Assembly: GCA_963788655.1 (NCBI GenBank)
Contig: CAWBHS010000109.1
Location: 1-60,138, forward strand
DNA: 60,138 bases
Reading direction: 5' to 3'
From: an uncultured Verrucomicrobiae bacterium
Lineage (GTDB): Bacteria > Verrucomicrobiota > Verrucomicrobiia > Limisphaerales > JAFGQR01
Both the position numbers and the translations under genes were made by a program. Positions 1 to 10,010 of this stretch are shown piece after piece. The notes beneath the pieces are model-generated. The model worked only from the letters and a program-made list of their open reading frames with translations, made no database searches and was not told the DNA's origin. Within the stretch, counting starts at the first letter, position 1, and each line of letters opens with the position of its first letter.

Positions 1-333
1 ACACCGGCAAACATGCGGGAGGTCAACATCACGAGGAGGGCGGCGGTGTGATTGGTCAAGCCCGAGCCGTAGCCGAAGATCGCGTAGGATAGGGCCGATG
101 CCCCCACGCTGAAAGAGCAGTACCGGACGCCGGCCAATCCGGTCGGACAACCGGCCCCACAGCGGGGCAAAAATAAATTGCATCGCCGAGAACGAAGCGA
201 CGATCAGCCCCAGTTCCAGGCCGGTGGCCCCGAACTCCTTGCTGTAAATGGGCAACAGCGGCAGGACGATGCCGAAGCCGATGAGATCAATGAAGACGGT
301 CAGAAAGACCACCAGAATGGAGGGCTTTCTCAT
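1..333 (-). CDS. MFS transporter, TetA/DHA1-like (5' part; runs off the window)
   Basis: Own translation from ATG at 333: [28 protein letters not shown]...[11 protein letters not shown] (MFS motif A). Not in the ORF track. Confidence 0.9.
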   Translation of the reverse strand, partial: MRKPSILVVFLTVFIDLIGFGIVLPLLPIYSKEFGATGLELGLIVASFSAMQFIFAPLWGRLSDRIGRRPVLLFQRGGIGPILRDLRLRLGLDQSHRRPPRDVDLPHVCRC

Positions 334-571
334 TGCCGAGCGGCCCTCCGGTTCCGGTTCCTTTCAGAATTTACCCAGATACTAAACATTACAAACACGG
401 ATTGACTTTACCGGACGAACAAGCCAGTCAAGTGCCGGCGCGGCGGCCTGGGAAAGGGCGTCGATTTTCCCGCAACGGTGGGGAGAGCCGACCCTCAATG
501 GCTGGACTCCGCCTCCTCCCGGGGGCAGCTATCGACAGTTGTTATTGGGTGCGGTGCGGAAAGTTTTCACG

Positions 572-1640
572 CTACCGAGCCGTCAAATCCCGCGCCGCGG
601 GAACGCGGGCTTCCATCCGCTTGACAATCGGCCGCGCCCGCGCCACGGCACCTCGCTCGGTCAGGCCAAAGGAGGAATCCATGATCACGCGCACGGCGGC
701 GATGGGTTCGCCATTCCGATCGTGCAACGGCAGGGTGACGTTGGCTTTGCCCTCGATCTTGCCGTAGTACACCATGTTCTTTTGAATCGCATCCTGTTCT
801 GCCTTGCCCCCAGGCTTGGCCCATTTCGGCAGCGTCCATACTGGCAATCACGAGCGGGTTCGGAGCGTTGGTGGCCAGGGCGTAGATTCTCAATCCCGCC
901 AGCCGCGGATATTTACGCAAAGCATCGCGAATCAACACCTGCGCAAAGGCCTCGTTCGCCGTGTAAGTTATGTGGGCATCCGCGAAATAGCTGACGGAAT
1001 CGGACTTCGTCCAAAAACCAATCTGACCGCTCGCATAAGCGCCTTCGCCCGCCGTGTCGGTCACCAACAGCAACTCCTTGCCGTCCAAACGGCCGCGGAA
1101 TTGGTTGCCTTTGCACTCGATTTGCAGCTCGTGCCACTCGCCCTGCGGGATCTTCACCTCGGCGCCCACCCGCGCGGTCAGTCGGCCGTTGACCATTTTG
1201 AAAAACGAAAGGTTCGTTCCCAGTCCGCTGGCGCGGATGTAATAGTAATTGCGCTCGTCTTGAATGCGAAACGCCACCCCGGCCATCTGTTCGGTTTTGC
1301 CCGCCACCAATTTGAAAGCCGTTGTGAAGGTGAAATCATCGAAGGTTTCATCCTGGTAAACCAACATCGGATAACGGTCGGGGGTGCCGTCCCGGGAAAG
1401 CTGCGCCAGCACCCGGCGTTTGGCACTGGTGGTGGATTTTGAGGAAACCGGCGCAAACAGTGTCGGCGCATCGTCCAGAATCACTTGCCAATCGCCGGAT
1501 TTGCCGGTCCCGCTCAACACGCTGCGAAATCCCTCGGGCACCGCGTGAAGTTTGTCCTCGGAAAAATCAAAGAAGTGATCCCTTGCAGCCGCCGGCCACA
1601 ACGAAACGCCCAGGACCAGGGAGATGATCAATCGCCACAT
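572..1640 (-). CDS. Secreted DUF1080 / 3-keto-disaccharide hydrolase-like (concanavalin fold) protein with extra C-terminal domain; frameshift near 840
   Basis: Signal peptide MWRLIISLVLGVSLWPAAA; motifs AGVAFRIQD.NYY, WHELQIECKG, GQIGFWTKSDSVSYF; C-terminus continues in ORF 572..847. Confidence 0.7.
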
Positions 1641-2125
1641 GAGGGAGCACCTTAGCAAAACCATGCAGTGCGACAAGGCGGAAGCGTGTGCGAATCTGGA
1701 ACTTTATTAATTAACGCCAACAGTTCTGCCCATGAGCCTCAAAATGGGTTCCTTGATTTCCAATGACTTGCGCGTTTTGAAGTTCACGGGCGCAACGAGC
1801 ACAACTTGGTTCCGTGGTGGCCTCATTTTGGCGGCCGCGAATGATCCGGTCAATCGTTACCTGGGAGATTTCCCGGTCAGGGATCGGATTCAGAGCGACC
1901 AACCGGTGACCTTCACTGGCGTGCTTTCGCACTGGTCAGGTCGCACCTCCTGGCCGGGTTGGGGTGAGACGACAATGAAACCGGTTCGGAGTCGGGAATT
2001 GCCCAAGAGTTTGGAAGAAGTGTGTCCGGGCTCTATTCCATCCGCCCCCCGGAAACCGAATTTGAGTTAACAACTACGGCTATGCCGTGGCGGGTTTGCT
2101 TTTGGAACGGATTTCCGGTGAACCT

Positions 2126-2202
2126 TATGAACGCTATAGAGCGTTGCAACCTCACCAAGTCAGATTAAAAGTCCGATGCCGGTCTGCTGTGGCTTCGGCT
2201 CC
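2126..2202 (-). pseudogene. Degenerate tRNA-Lys(UUU)-like element
   Basis: Minus strand GGAGCCG AAGCC..CGGC A TCGGA CTTTTAA TCTGA: intact anticodon arm and D-like stem; T arm and 3' acceptor strand decayed. Confidence 0.45.
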
Positions 2203-2209
2203 GTGAGAA

Positions 2210-2284
2210 TGGTGCTCGCGGCAGGAGTTGCCCCCGCACTGCGGCGAAATCCAATGGCAAATCGGTGTCTCCCTGGGTGCGCGC
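2210..2284 (-). pseudogene. Degenerate 75-nt tRNA-like element ending in ACCA
   Basis: 3' half GCGGG GGCAACT CCTGC CGCGAGC ACCA (T arm, acceptor strand, CCA); 5' GCGCGCA pairs at 5 of 7 positions; tRNA-sized spacing. Confidence 0.4.
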
Positions 2285-2347
2285 GTTGCGCCGCCTCACC
2301 CGCTGGAGTAGTCAATTCACCCGTTCATTCCAGATATACTACGGCTT

Positions 2348-3508
2348 TCACATCATCATCATTGTCTCCGTACCTGCGGATGCCTTCACCACATGGATTT
2401 CCGGCTGGACGCCCGTCGCATCGCCATAGGCCGCCGCAACGGCGCGCGCGAACACGTCCGTTTGCTCCGCCTCGACCAACGCCACCATGCAACCGCCGAA
2501 GCCGGCGCCGGCTTGGCGGGCTCCAATCACGCCCGGCGCATTCAACATGGCATGCATCATCGCATGCATGGCGGGCGAGCCGATTTCGTAGAGTGTCATC
2601 GCTCCATGGAACGAGTCGGCACAAAGCTGGCAAATGCGGTTGCGATCACCCGCCTCGAGGGCCTCGGCGAAGACTTTCACTCGGGCGTTTTCTTCGACAA
2701 TAAAACGGCAGCGTTTCGCCACCTCGGCGGGCAGTTTCCCTTCATGCTTTTTGAATTGTTCGAGCGTGAGGTCGCGCAGCGCCGCGACGCCCAACCGGCG
2801 CGCCCCCGCTTCGCACTGTTCTCGCCGTTGACCGTATGCCGAGCCGGCGAGTTCCCGGCGGGATTTGGTGTCGCAGATCACCACGCGGAGCTCATCCACC
2901 AGTTTGACGGGCCGGCTGGAGAGATCGCGGCAATCCAGCAACAAGGCGCAACCTTCCTGTGCCGCGCACGAAGTGAATTGATCGAGGATGCCACAGTTGA
3001 CGCCGACGAACTGGTTCTCAGCCCGTTGGCAGAGCAGGGCTTTCTTCACGGGATCGACCGTCCATCCGCCCAGCGCCTCAAAGAGCGTTGCGGTGGCGCA
3101 CTCGAGCGCCGCCGACGAACTTAGCCCGCTGCTCATCGGCACAGTGCTGTGAATGATGCCGTCCCAGCCAGTGAGCGAAAATCCCTCGGTTTGCAATACC
3201 TGCGCCACGCCGCGGACGTAGTTGGTCCAGCGGGCTTCTGGATCGGGAACGAGATGATCGAGGTGGACAGTGGTTTCCGCATCAAGGTTCATCGAGTAAA
3301 GCCGCACCGTGCGGTCGGTGCGCGGGCGGGCGCCGATCCACGTGTCGAGGTCAATGGGCAGCGTGAGCACGTAACCGAGGTTGTAATCCGTGTGACTGCC
3401 CATCAAGTCCACCCGGCCGGGCGCGCGGCATCCCAGCGTGGGCGCGGCGCCGAAACGCTGTTCAAATACGCGGCGGAGTTGACGTTGTCGCTGCGAATGC
3501 TCGTTCAT
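2348..3508 (-). CDS. galK: Galactokinase
   Basis: APGRVDLMGSHTDYNLG, PMSSGLSSSAA and GAGFGGC GHMP kinase motifs; likely start MNEHSQ at 3508. Confidence 0.9.
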   Translation of the reverse strand: MNEHSQRQRQLRRVFEQRFGAAPTLGCRAPGRVDLMGSHTDYNLGYVLTLPIDLDTWIGARPRTDRTVRLYSMNLDAETTVHLDHLVPDPEARWTNYVRGVAQVLQTEGFSLTGWDGIIHSTVPMSSGLSSSAALECATATLFEALGGWTVDPVKKALLCQRAENQFVGVNCGILDQFTSCAAQEGCALLLDCRDLSSRPVKLVDELRVVICDTKSRRELAGSAYGQRREQCEAGARRLGVAALRDLTLEQFKKHEGKLPAEVAKRCRFIVEENARVKVFAEALEAGDRNRICQLCADSFHGAMTLYEIGSPAMHAMMHAMLNAPGVIGARQAGAGFGGCMVALVEAEQTDVFARAVAAAYGDATGVQPEIHVVKASAGTETMMMM

Positions 3509-3509
3509 C

Positions 3510-4640
3510 TTACGGTGTGTCCGGCGCGAACGCTTCCAGCATGGCGGCGACATTTTCGGGCGGAATATCCGATTGCATCCGGTGCGATGGGCCCAGGATA
3601 AGACCAGTGCCGTCCGGCGCCAGATTATGGACGCAAGCTCGCGTGGCGGCGCGGACTTCGGCGGGTGAAACTTTGGGCAGTACTTCCTGCGTCGAGAGGC
3701 CGCCATAGAAACTGAGGTGTTTGCCGAACTCGCGGTAAAGCTGCGGATGTTCCAACACCTCGGGTTGAACCGGATTCAGGCAGGTCAACCCTATATCCAC
3801 CAACTCGGGCAGAATCGGCCATAAGTCACCGTCCGAGTGTAAAATCACCGGCAAGCCCGCCTCACGAAACACGGCGAACATCCGCGCAAGCCGCGGCTTG
3901 AACATCTGCCGCCAGAGTTTCGGCGAAAAGAGCAGACTACGTTGGGCCCCGTAATCATCGCCGAAATAAGCGCCATCGACGCCATCTGACAAATTCGTAG
4001 CAGCCGACGTAAGGAGGCTCTGATTGATTGCGGATTGCGGATTGCGGATTGCGGAGTTAGCCAGTTCCTCTTCACGTTGGCTGCTACGGAGGGCGACGAA
4101 TCGCTTGGCCAAAGTTACCTGGATGTCGGTGATCCGATCGAGCAGTTCCTCGACCCAGGCTGGTTGGTCCATCAAGTCCATGAGCAACTGGTCGAATCCG
4201 CGCAAGGACCAGGCGCGCTCGAACAAGACAAAGCCGAAGTTTGGCGCGACGAAATGTTGGCCGCCGTCCGTGGCTATGATGTGCTCCGCTTCGGTCAGCA
4301 GCTTCGGCGCATTGGGGTCCGGCCACGGGAAGGCAGCCAGATCGGTCGAGTCCGCCAATGGGGCCACGGCATGCCAGTAACCTTCGGTTTCAGTGCCCCA
4401 GCCCGCGCCCCACCAGTCGAAACGCACTTTGCCATCCGCGCTCATGCGCGGAGTATGCGCCACGTCCACGCGGAGGAGATGATTGTCCAGACGCGCCGGC
4501 AGTTCATTGGGTAAGCAACCAAAATGCGTGGCGAGCTTCGCGCCCATCGCACCGGTGTAATTCGTTTGCACCGGCAAGCGATCCACCGGCTGCCGCCACA
4601 GCGCGCGGCGCATGCGTTCTTTTTGGGTGAGGGTGTTCAT
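3510..4640 (-). CDS. Uroporphyrinogen decarboxylase / MtaA-CmuA methyltransferase family protein, carrying an in-frame palindromic insertion
   Basis: LFERAWSLRG, FGDDYGAQ, HSDG, LNPVQPE, FYGGLSTQ..LP and PSH...DIPPEN motifs. Confidence 0.85.
   Translation of the reverse strand: MNTLTQKERMRRALWRQPVDRLPVQTNYTGAMGAKLATHFGCLPNELPARLDNHLLRVDVAHTPRMSADGKVRFDWWGAGWGTETEGYWHAVAPLADSTDLAAFPWPDPNAPKLLTEAEHIIATDGGQHFVAPNFGFVLFERAWSLRGFDQLLMDLMDQPAWVEELLDRITDIQVTLAKRFVALRSSQREEELANSAIRNPQSAINQSLLTSAATNLSDGVDGAYFGDDYGAQRSLLFSPKLWRQMFKPRLARMFAVFREAGLPVILHSDGDLWPILPELVDIGLTCLNPVQPEVLEHPQLYREFGKHLSFYGGLSTQEVLPKVSPAEVRAATRACVHNLAPDGTGLILGPSHRMQSDIPPENVAAMLEAFAPDTP
3997..4087. repeat. GTAG...CTAC REP-like inverted pair enclosing (GATTGCG)n heptamers, inside a CDS
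   Basis: GTAGCAGCCGACGTAAGGAGG versus CCTCTTCACGTTGGCTGCTAC are near-perfect inverted repeats, with four GATTGCG units between them. Confidence 0.85.
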
Positions 4641-4762
4641 CGATGCTCAAGCAAATTCAATAACCGGTTCGACTCACTGAGTTTGGCGTTGCCATTCCCG
4701 CTCGTCTTGAAAACTGGCCTCGAGCCGTCCCGGCCGAGCGCCCATGCTGGCTTCGATTAAGA

Positions 4763-4790
4763 TGGCGGCGCTCTACCGAAACGCCGCTAC
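4763..4790. repeat. Single REP-like hairpin ending in CTAC
   Basis: TGGCGGCG-CTCTACCGAAA-CGCCGCTAC. Confidence 0.55.
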
Positions 4791-4799
4791 GGATTATGT

Positions 4800-7665
4800 T
4801 CATGGTGCAGGCGGTGCGTCTTCCACCAGGCCCACATCAATGCTCTGACCGCCGTAGGTCTGGCTGGCGTGAACGGCCAGGATGTTCTTGCCCGGCTTGA
4901 GTGTGGCGAGCGCGACCCGGTAAATGTCCGCTTCGTCATACGTCGTGATCCAACCCTGCAATTTCTTCGTGGCGAGGATGCCGTTGAGATAAACCTCCGG
5001 GTCCTCGTCGTAAATCAGCAGCAAGCGCGGATGGTTGAGCGGGCGTTCCGGCAGATTGAATTCCCGGCGCAGCCAGATTTGTTTCGTTGTCCACTCGGTG
5101 CCAATAATTGCGCCGGGCGTGCCTTGCGTGCCGAAGCCGCCCACGCCTTCCTTCCACGAGGAATCATCGAAGCCAGGTTGCATCCAGTCGTTTGCGGGTT
5201 GTTCCAGAGTGTAGCGCCATTTGACTTGCGCCGTCCGCGCGGTGGGGACGATCTCCCGGGTTTCCCCGCCTACCGGGATTGGCGCCCACGGGCCACGGGT
5301 GTTGGCGCTGCGGCTGGTCCACTTCGTCCACGTTGGCGCGTCGGTCAGCAGCTTGATGAATATGCCACCGACGACCGGGCGCGCTTGGAAACCTTTCCGT
5401 TTCGCATTGGTGGTGATGAACCAATCCGACAAGGGCACACGAGTTGGTGTTTCGTTGGCGTAACGCCAGATTGGGTTGAACAGCGCCTGGAAATCTGCCG
5501 GGTTGCGGGCCAGTGCGATGCTCCACAGCGCCCAGTCAATCAGGCTCGTGTCGGTGCGGCTGTCCACGGGCAGACCGTATTGGTTTTGCACTTTGAGATA
5601 CCAGGCAATCTCGGCGTCGCCGAGCGCATCAGGGAACAAGCGATAGTCAAGCTTGGGGAGCGCAGGCGCCTCGCCTGCTGCGGTTGGCGCCCCGCCAACC
5701 AGTCTGAAACTCGCGCCGGCTGCGGAGCCACTCGGCGAGGGCGCCGACTGGTTGCGCCCGAGGCGGGCGCGCTCCCCCAGCACACGATCCCAGATCAGGT
5801 TGTGCTTCATGCTCCAGGTGCCGGCTTGGTGATAGGCCAGGCGCGTGCGGCCGGCGTCGTGGGCGAGTTGCTGCCACTTGACGGCATAATCCCGGGCGAT
5901 GGTGAGATACTTGCGGGCGTCCTCCGGTTTGCCGGCCAACTCGCACAATTGCGCATAACCGCCAATGGCGATGATGGCTTTGAGCGCGAGGTCTGCGTTG
6001 TGCGGCAGGTGCCCGAACATGTCGGCGGAACAAAGTTGGTTCTGCGGATCGAGTCCCTCCTTCACCAGGTAATCAGCCCACTGCGTCAACACGGGCCAAT
6101 ACTTCGTGGCGAAGTCGGCATTGCCTTCGTGCTTCGCCAAAGCGGCCAGCATGATGAGCATGTTGCCGCATTCCTCGACCGGCATGCGGTCGCCGTCTTT
6201 CCCGCCCATGCCATAAACCTGTCCGGTGGCGTGCGGATAGGTGCCGAGATCATGCGGCGCATACGGGTAAGGCCAGCGCGGCGACGCGGCGTAGTCCAGC
6301 ACGGGCACCAGCATCGCCTTGGTGAGCGCGGGACTGAACACCAGGAAGAACGGCGCCTGCGGAAACAGCACATCGACGGTGCCGATGCAGCCGTTCGAGA
6401 AATTTTCCTTCGGGAACATCAGCGGTTGACCGTTGGCGTCGGCGCAGATTTTGTTTCCGGCCAACGTCTGGCGGTAGGCGAGCGCGCAGAGTTGGGCATA
6501 CTTCTCGCCGCCGACCTTGGCGGAGGTCGGCCATCAGTTCCGCATCGAACTGCTCACAGCGCTGCTTGAGTGATTCGTAATCAGCCGCGGCTTTCTGCAA
6601 CAACGCTGCGGCGTCATCACCGTTGCGGCGCCAGTAGGGGCGAAGTCGGCTGCGGAAATACTTGATCGAATACTCGTCGTCGTAGGCAAGCATGAGCCAT
6701 CGGGAGACGGGGGCACTCCCAACATTGTCGATTCTGAAGATAACCACAAGGCGCAAAGGGACTTCATCACGCGGAAATGTCGGATAGAAGGGCCATACAT
6801 CGTTGGTTGAAATAGTGCCCGGAGGATTCCACGAGGCCAAACCTCCAAATTTTGCCCAGGCCTCCAAGTACCGTCCCGCATCGCCTCCCCAGAACATGGA
6901 GTATTGCCTCTGATCAAACTTGTCTTTCTTCTCACCGAGATTCCTGGTGGCGATGTAAAAGCGCCCCCAATCGATACGTAAATCGTCGCCCTTCTCCCGC
7001 AGCACCGCCTGTTCCGCGGAACCAACCGCGAGGACATCCAATCCGCCAACATCAGGCTTCTCCGTTTTAACGGCTTGTCCCTTGTGGTTAACCGCAATCT
7101 CTGGGGCGGCATCCAAATATGTTTCTACGTTGTGTTCCTTTCCATCTATCGCTTTCGTTTCCCACGTTAAGTAAGTCACCGGCCTCGACAGCACTTCCAG
7201 ATCGCCCGGCAACGCCGGCGTCATGAAGGTCAGTGTCAGCCGCACGCCTTCGCCCTCGAACGTGTAAATCGTCCGCGTCGGCAGCACTTCAAGATTTGTT
7301 TGTGGCAACGCGGGCACACTAGCCGGCTCCTTGCCCATGATCCGGAATCCCTTCCCATCAATCCGCACCAAACTGGTCAACCGCTGCGGCTTGCCGGTCC
7401 AGTGCATCGTGTCCGCATCGGTCAGTTTGTCCGCTGGCGACCAAATACTGAAATACGGATCGTGCGCGACCAGCGGCACGGCGGGCGGGCGAAACGCCGG
7501 AGGGCCAGAGGACGAATCCGCTGCAGTCGAACCGGCAGCCAACGACAAGAATGCGGTTGTGACCGCACAGGCAAGGAACCGGAAAGTCCATTTGGATTCG
7601 TTGAATGCCGCCCGGCTCAGCCAGCCTGGCCACAGGTTTTCTCGTTTCAGCGACGGCTTATTCAT
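4800..7665 (-). CDS. Secreted glutaminase-A-like (DUF5127/DUF4965, alpha/alpha-toroid) protein with C-terminal galactose-binding-like domain; frameshift near 6520
   Basis: RPPAVPLVAHDPYFSIWS, HWTG, KENFSNGCIGTVDV, HDLGTYP, MPVEECGNM, FQARPVVGG; joins ORFs 6250..7737 and 4800..6464. Confidence 0.85.
5655..5777. repeat. Palindromic REP-like element inserted in-frame in the CDS
   Basis: Ends GGGGAGCGCAGGCGCCTCG and CGAGGCGGGCGCGCTCCCC are inverted; internal hairpins; encodes a low-complexity loop GERARLG...GEAPALP. Confidence 0.8.
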
Positions 7666-7877
7666 GGGTGTGTTCAATTCGGCCCAATCATTCGGAGGCG
7701 TAGGTTCACGGCGCACCGAATCACAGAGTAAAAGCATTACGCAGTCCCGCCCAGCAAATCCGTCGCGGTAAGAGTGGTGGATATGTCCGAGAACAACTTG
7801 GCAACGAACAACTGCCGCGGAAAGTTAGGGCGCGTCACTCCGGGCGCGACTGCTTGCTGCTAAGCCGTGACTATTCA

Positions 7878-8010
7878 GTAGGACAGGCGTCCCGCCTGTC
7901 CCGAACGAGTGCAAACCAACAACTTGTATTACGGCGCCGCGAGTATTTCTATGTCACCAAACGGTGAGGATGCCTTGGGCTATTCGCGACAGGCGAGACG
8001 CCTGTCCTAC
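7878..8010. repeat. GTAG-type REP doublet (REPIN-like)
   Basis: GTAGGACAGGCGTCCCGCCTGTCC ... GACAGGCGAGACGCCTGTCCTAC inverted pair, each a hairpin. Confidence 0.85.
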
Positions 8011-8077
8011 CACGCCGCACTGCCTCATCGCAGCACCAGCCACTGAATTGATACGGCTAAACCACCTGCCCGCCCAG

Positions 8078-8115
8078 AAAAGGAAGGGCGCGGCCCGAAC
8101 GACTCGGCCGCGCCC
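8078..8115 (-). terminator. Intrinsic terminator
   Basis: GGGCGCGGCC/GGCCGCGCCC 10-bp stem followed by TTCCTTTT on the minus strand. Confidence 0.7.
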
Positions 8116-8357
8116 ATTCACCTACCAACCGTTTGGCGTTATGCCAACCCTATCCCGGAAAGCCACGGCGGCGGACGGAACCGGTTTCCCGGCTATTGGT
8201 CCCGTTTTTTATACGCCCTGCCAGACGCATACACATCCATGCCGCCGCCGTCTAACCCCGTCATCCGCATTCACCAATTCCCACATATCCAACTGCGTTT
8301 TGCCGGGCTAAATCAAACCAACCAGCCCAGCCTGATTTCGGAGACGGGAAATTTATA

Positions 8358-8374
8358 AGCCAGCGCCGTGCCAA
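8358..8374 (-). promoter_or_regulatory. Sigma54 (-24/-12) promoter candidate
   Basis: Minus strand TTGGCACGGCGCTGGCT with GG-N10-GC spacing. Confidence 0.55.
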
Positions 8375-8657
8375 TCAAAAACGCAGGTACCACGACACGA
8401 TTCATCACGACGCTGTTGGTCATATTTCCAACCCAAACCGGTCAATTTCTTCAGACTCAACGGATACAAATTCAACGACCGCGTTTGCTTCCGAATCGGC
8501 AGCGTGAAATTCGCGCTTATTGCGTCGAAATACCGCAATCTTATTTTACCAGTGGCTCTCATATCTCGTTCAACGAACCGATTTATTGAGTTGCTGCCTG
8601 CTTCTTAAGCAAATGCGAGGCCACCCTCAAAGATGAGAATCGGGCTGCGGCTCGCTT

Positions 8658-8686
8658 TTGACAATTCATGGTCCTTCTCCTAGCCT
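8658..8686 (+). promoter_or_regulatory. Sigma70 promoter of hisD-hisC-pyrE
   Basis: TTGACA-17 bp-TAGCCT, ending 11 nt before the ATG at 8698. Confidence 0.6.
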
Positions 8687-8697
8687 CCCTGCCCAGA

Positions 8698-9988
8698 ATG
8701 AAAATCATCCGTCTTAACGAGCCGAACTATGAGCAATTGCTGCGCGAACAAACGCAGACTTCGAGCTTGTTCGATCCCGTGATCGAAGAACGCACCCGCG
8801 CCATTGTGGAAGCGGTGCGCGACCGCGGCGACGACGCGGTCATAGAGTACACCCAGCGTCTGGACGGCGCCACGCTGGTGTCCCCGCACTTGGCGGTTAC
8901 CAAAGCTGAATTGCTCCAAGCCTCATTGAAGGCGGATAAGGAGCTTCGTGACGCCGTCAAAGCAGCGCACAAGAACATTGCTTTCTTCAGCCGCAAGTCA
9001 TTGCGGAAAAACTGGTCGGCGAAGAATTCGCACGGCGCTAAAGTGGGCGAGAAATTCGATCCCTTTCAACGAGTCGGCGTGTATATCCCGGGCGGCACCG
9101 CGCCGTTGCTTTCGACCGCGCTGATGACCGTGACGCTGGCTCAGGTGGCGGGTTGTCCGGAAATCGTGGTTTGCACGCCGTGCAATGCGGCAGGGGCGGT
9201 CAATTCCGGATTGCTCTTTGCCGCGCGGTTTGCTGGTGCCACCGAAATCTACCGTGTTGGCGGCGCACAAGCCATCGCCGCCATGGCGTACGGTACGGAC
9301 ACCATTTGCCCCGTACAAAAGATCTTTGGGCCGGGCAATGCCTACGTGGTGGCTGCCAAGCGGTTGTTGTTCGGGCGGGTGGCGATTGATCTTTTGCCCG
9401 GCCCCAGTGAAGTGCTGGTCTTGGCTGATGATTCGGCCAATCCACGGTACGTCGCCGCCGATTTGCTGGCGCAGGCCGAACATGGTTCCGGCCACGAACG
9501 GGTGTGGCTGGTCACGCCGTCGGCTAAACTGCTGCGCGCGGTCGAGCAGGAAATGGCCCGCCAGTTGCCGCAACTCGCCCGGCGCGAATTCATTCAGCGG
9601 GTGTTGGACAACCGGGCTTGTCTGATCCAGGTCAAGTCGTTGGAAACGGGAATCGAACTGGTCAACCGCCTGGCGCCGGAGCATTGCGAAGTGCTGACGC
9701 GCCGGCCTGGCACCGTGGCGCCCAAAATCCGGACCGCCGGCGCCATTTTTCTGGGATCGTGGTCGCCCACAGTTCTTGGGGGATTATGTCGCGGGTCCCA
9801 GTCATACCTTGCCCACCGGCGGCGCCGGCGCTTCGTTTGCCGGGCTGACCGTGGACCAATTCCAACGCCGCACCAGTGTGGTGGAATACAGCCGCCCGGC
9901 GTTGAAGAAAGCATTGCCGACTTTGTTGGAGCTTGCGGAACGTGAGGGACTCAGTGCTCATGGCCGGTCCGCGTCCATTCGCAAATAA
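8698..9988 (+). CDS. hisD: Histidinol dehydrogenase; frameshift in a G-run near 9780
   Basis: GVYIPGG, GGAQAIAAMAYG, GPGNAYV, PGPSE, AQAEH, APEH; C-terminus GDYVAGPSHTLPT in ORF 9776..9988. Confidence 0.95.
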
Positions 9989-10010
9989 TCCTGATTAAAC
10001 GAGGTGCATC

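Noticed and set aside
2225..2245. Cobalamin riboswitch (GCCCCCGCACTG)
   Set aside because: Other conserved elements are absent and there is no downstream plus-strand gene; the opposite-strand tRNA-like reading fits better.
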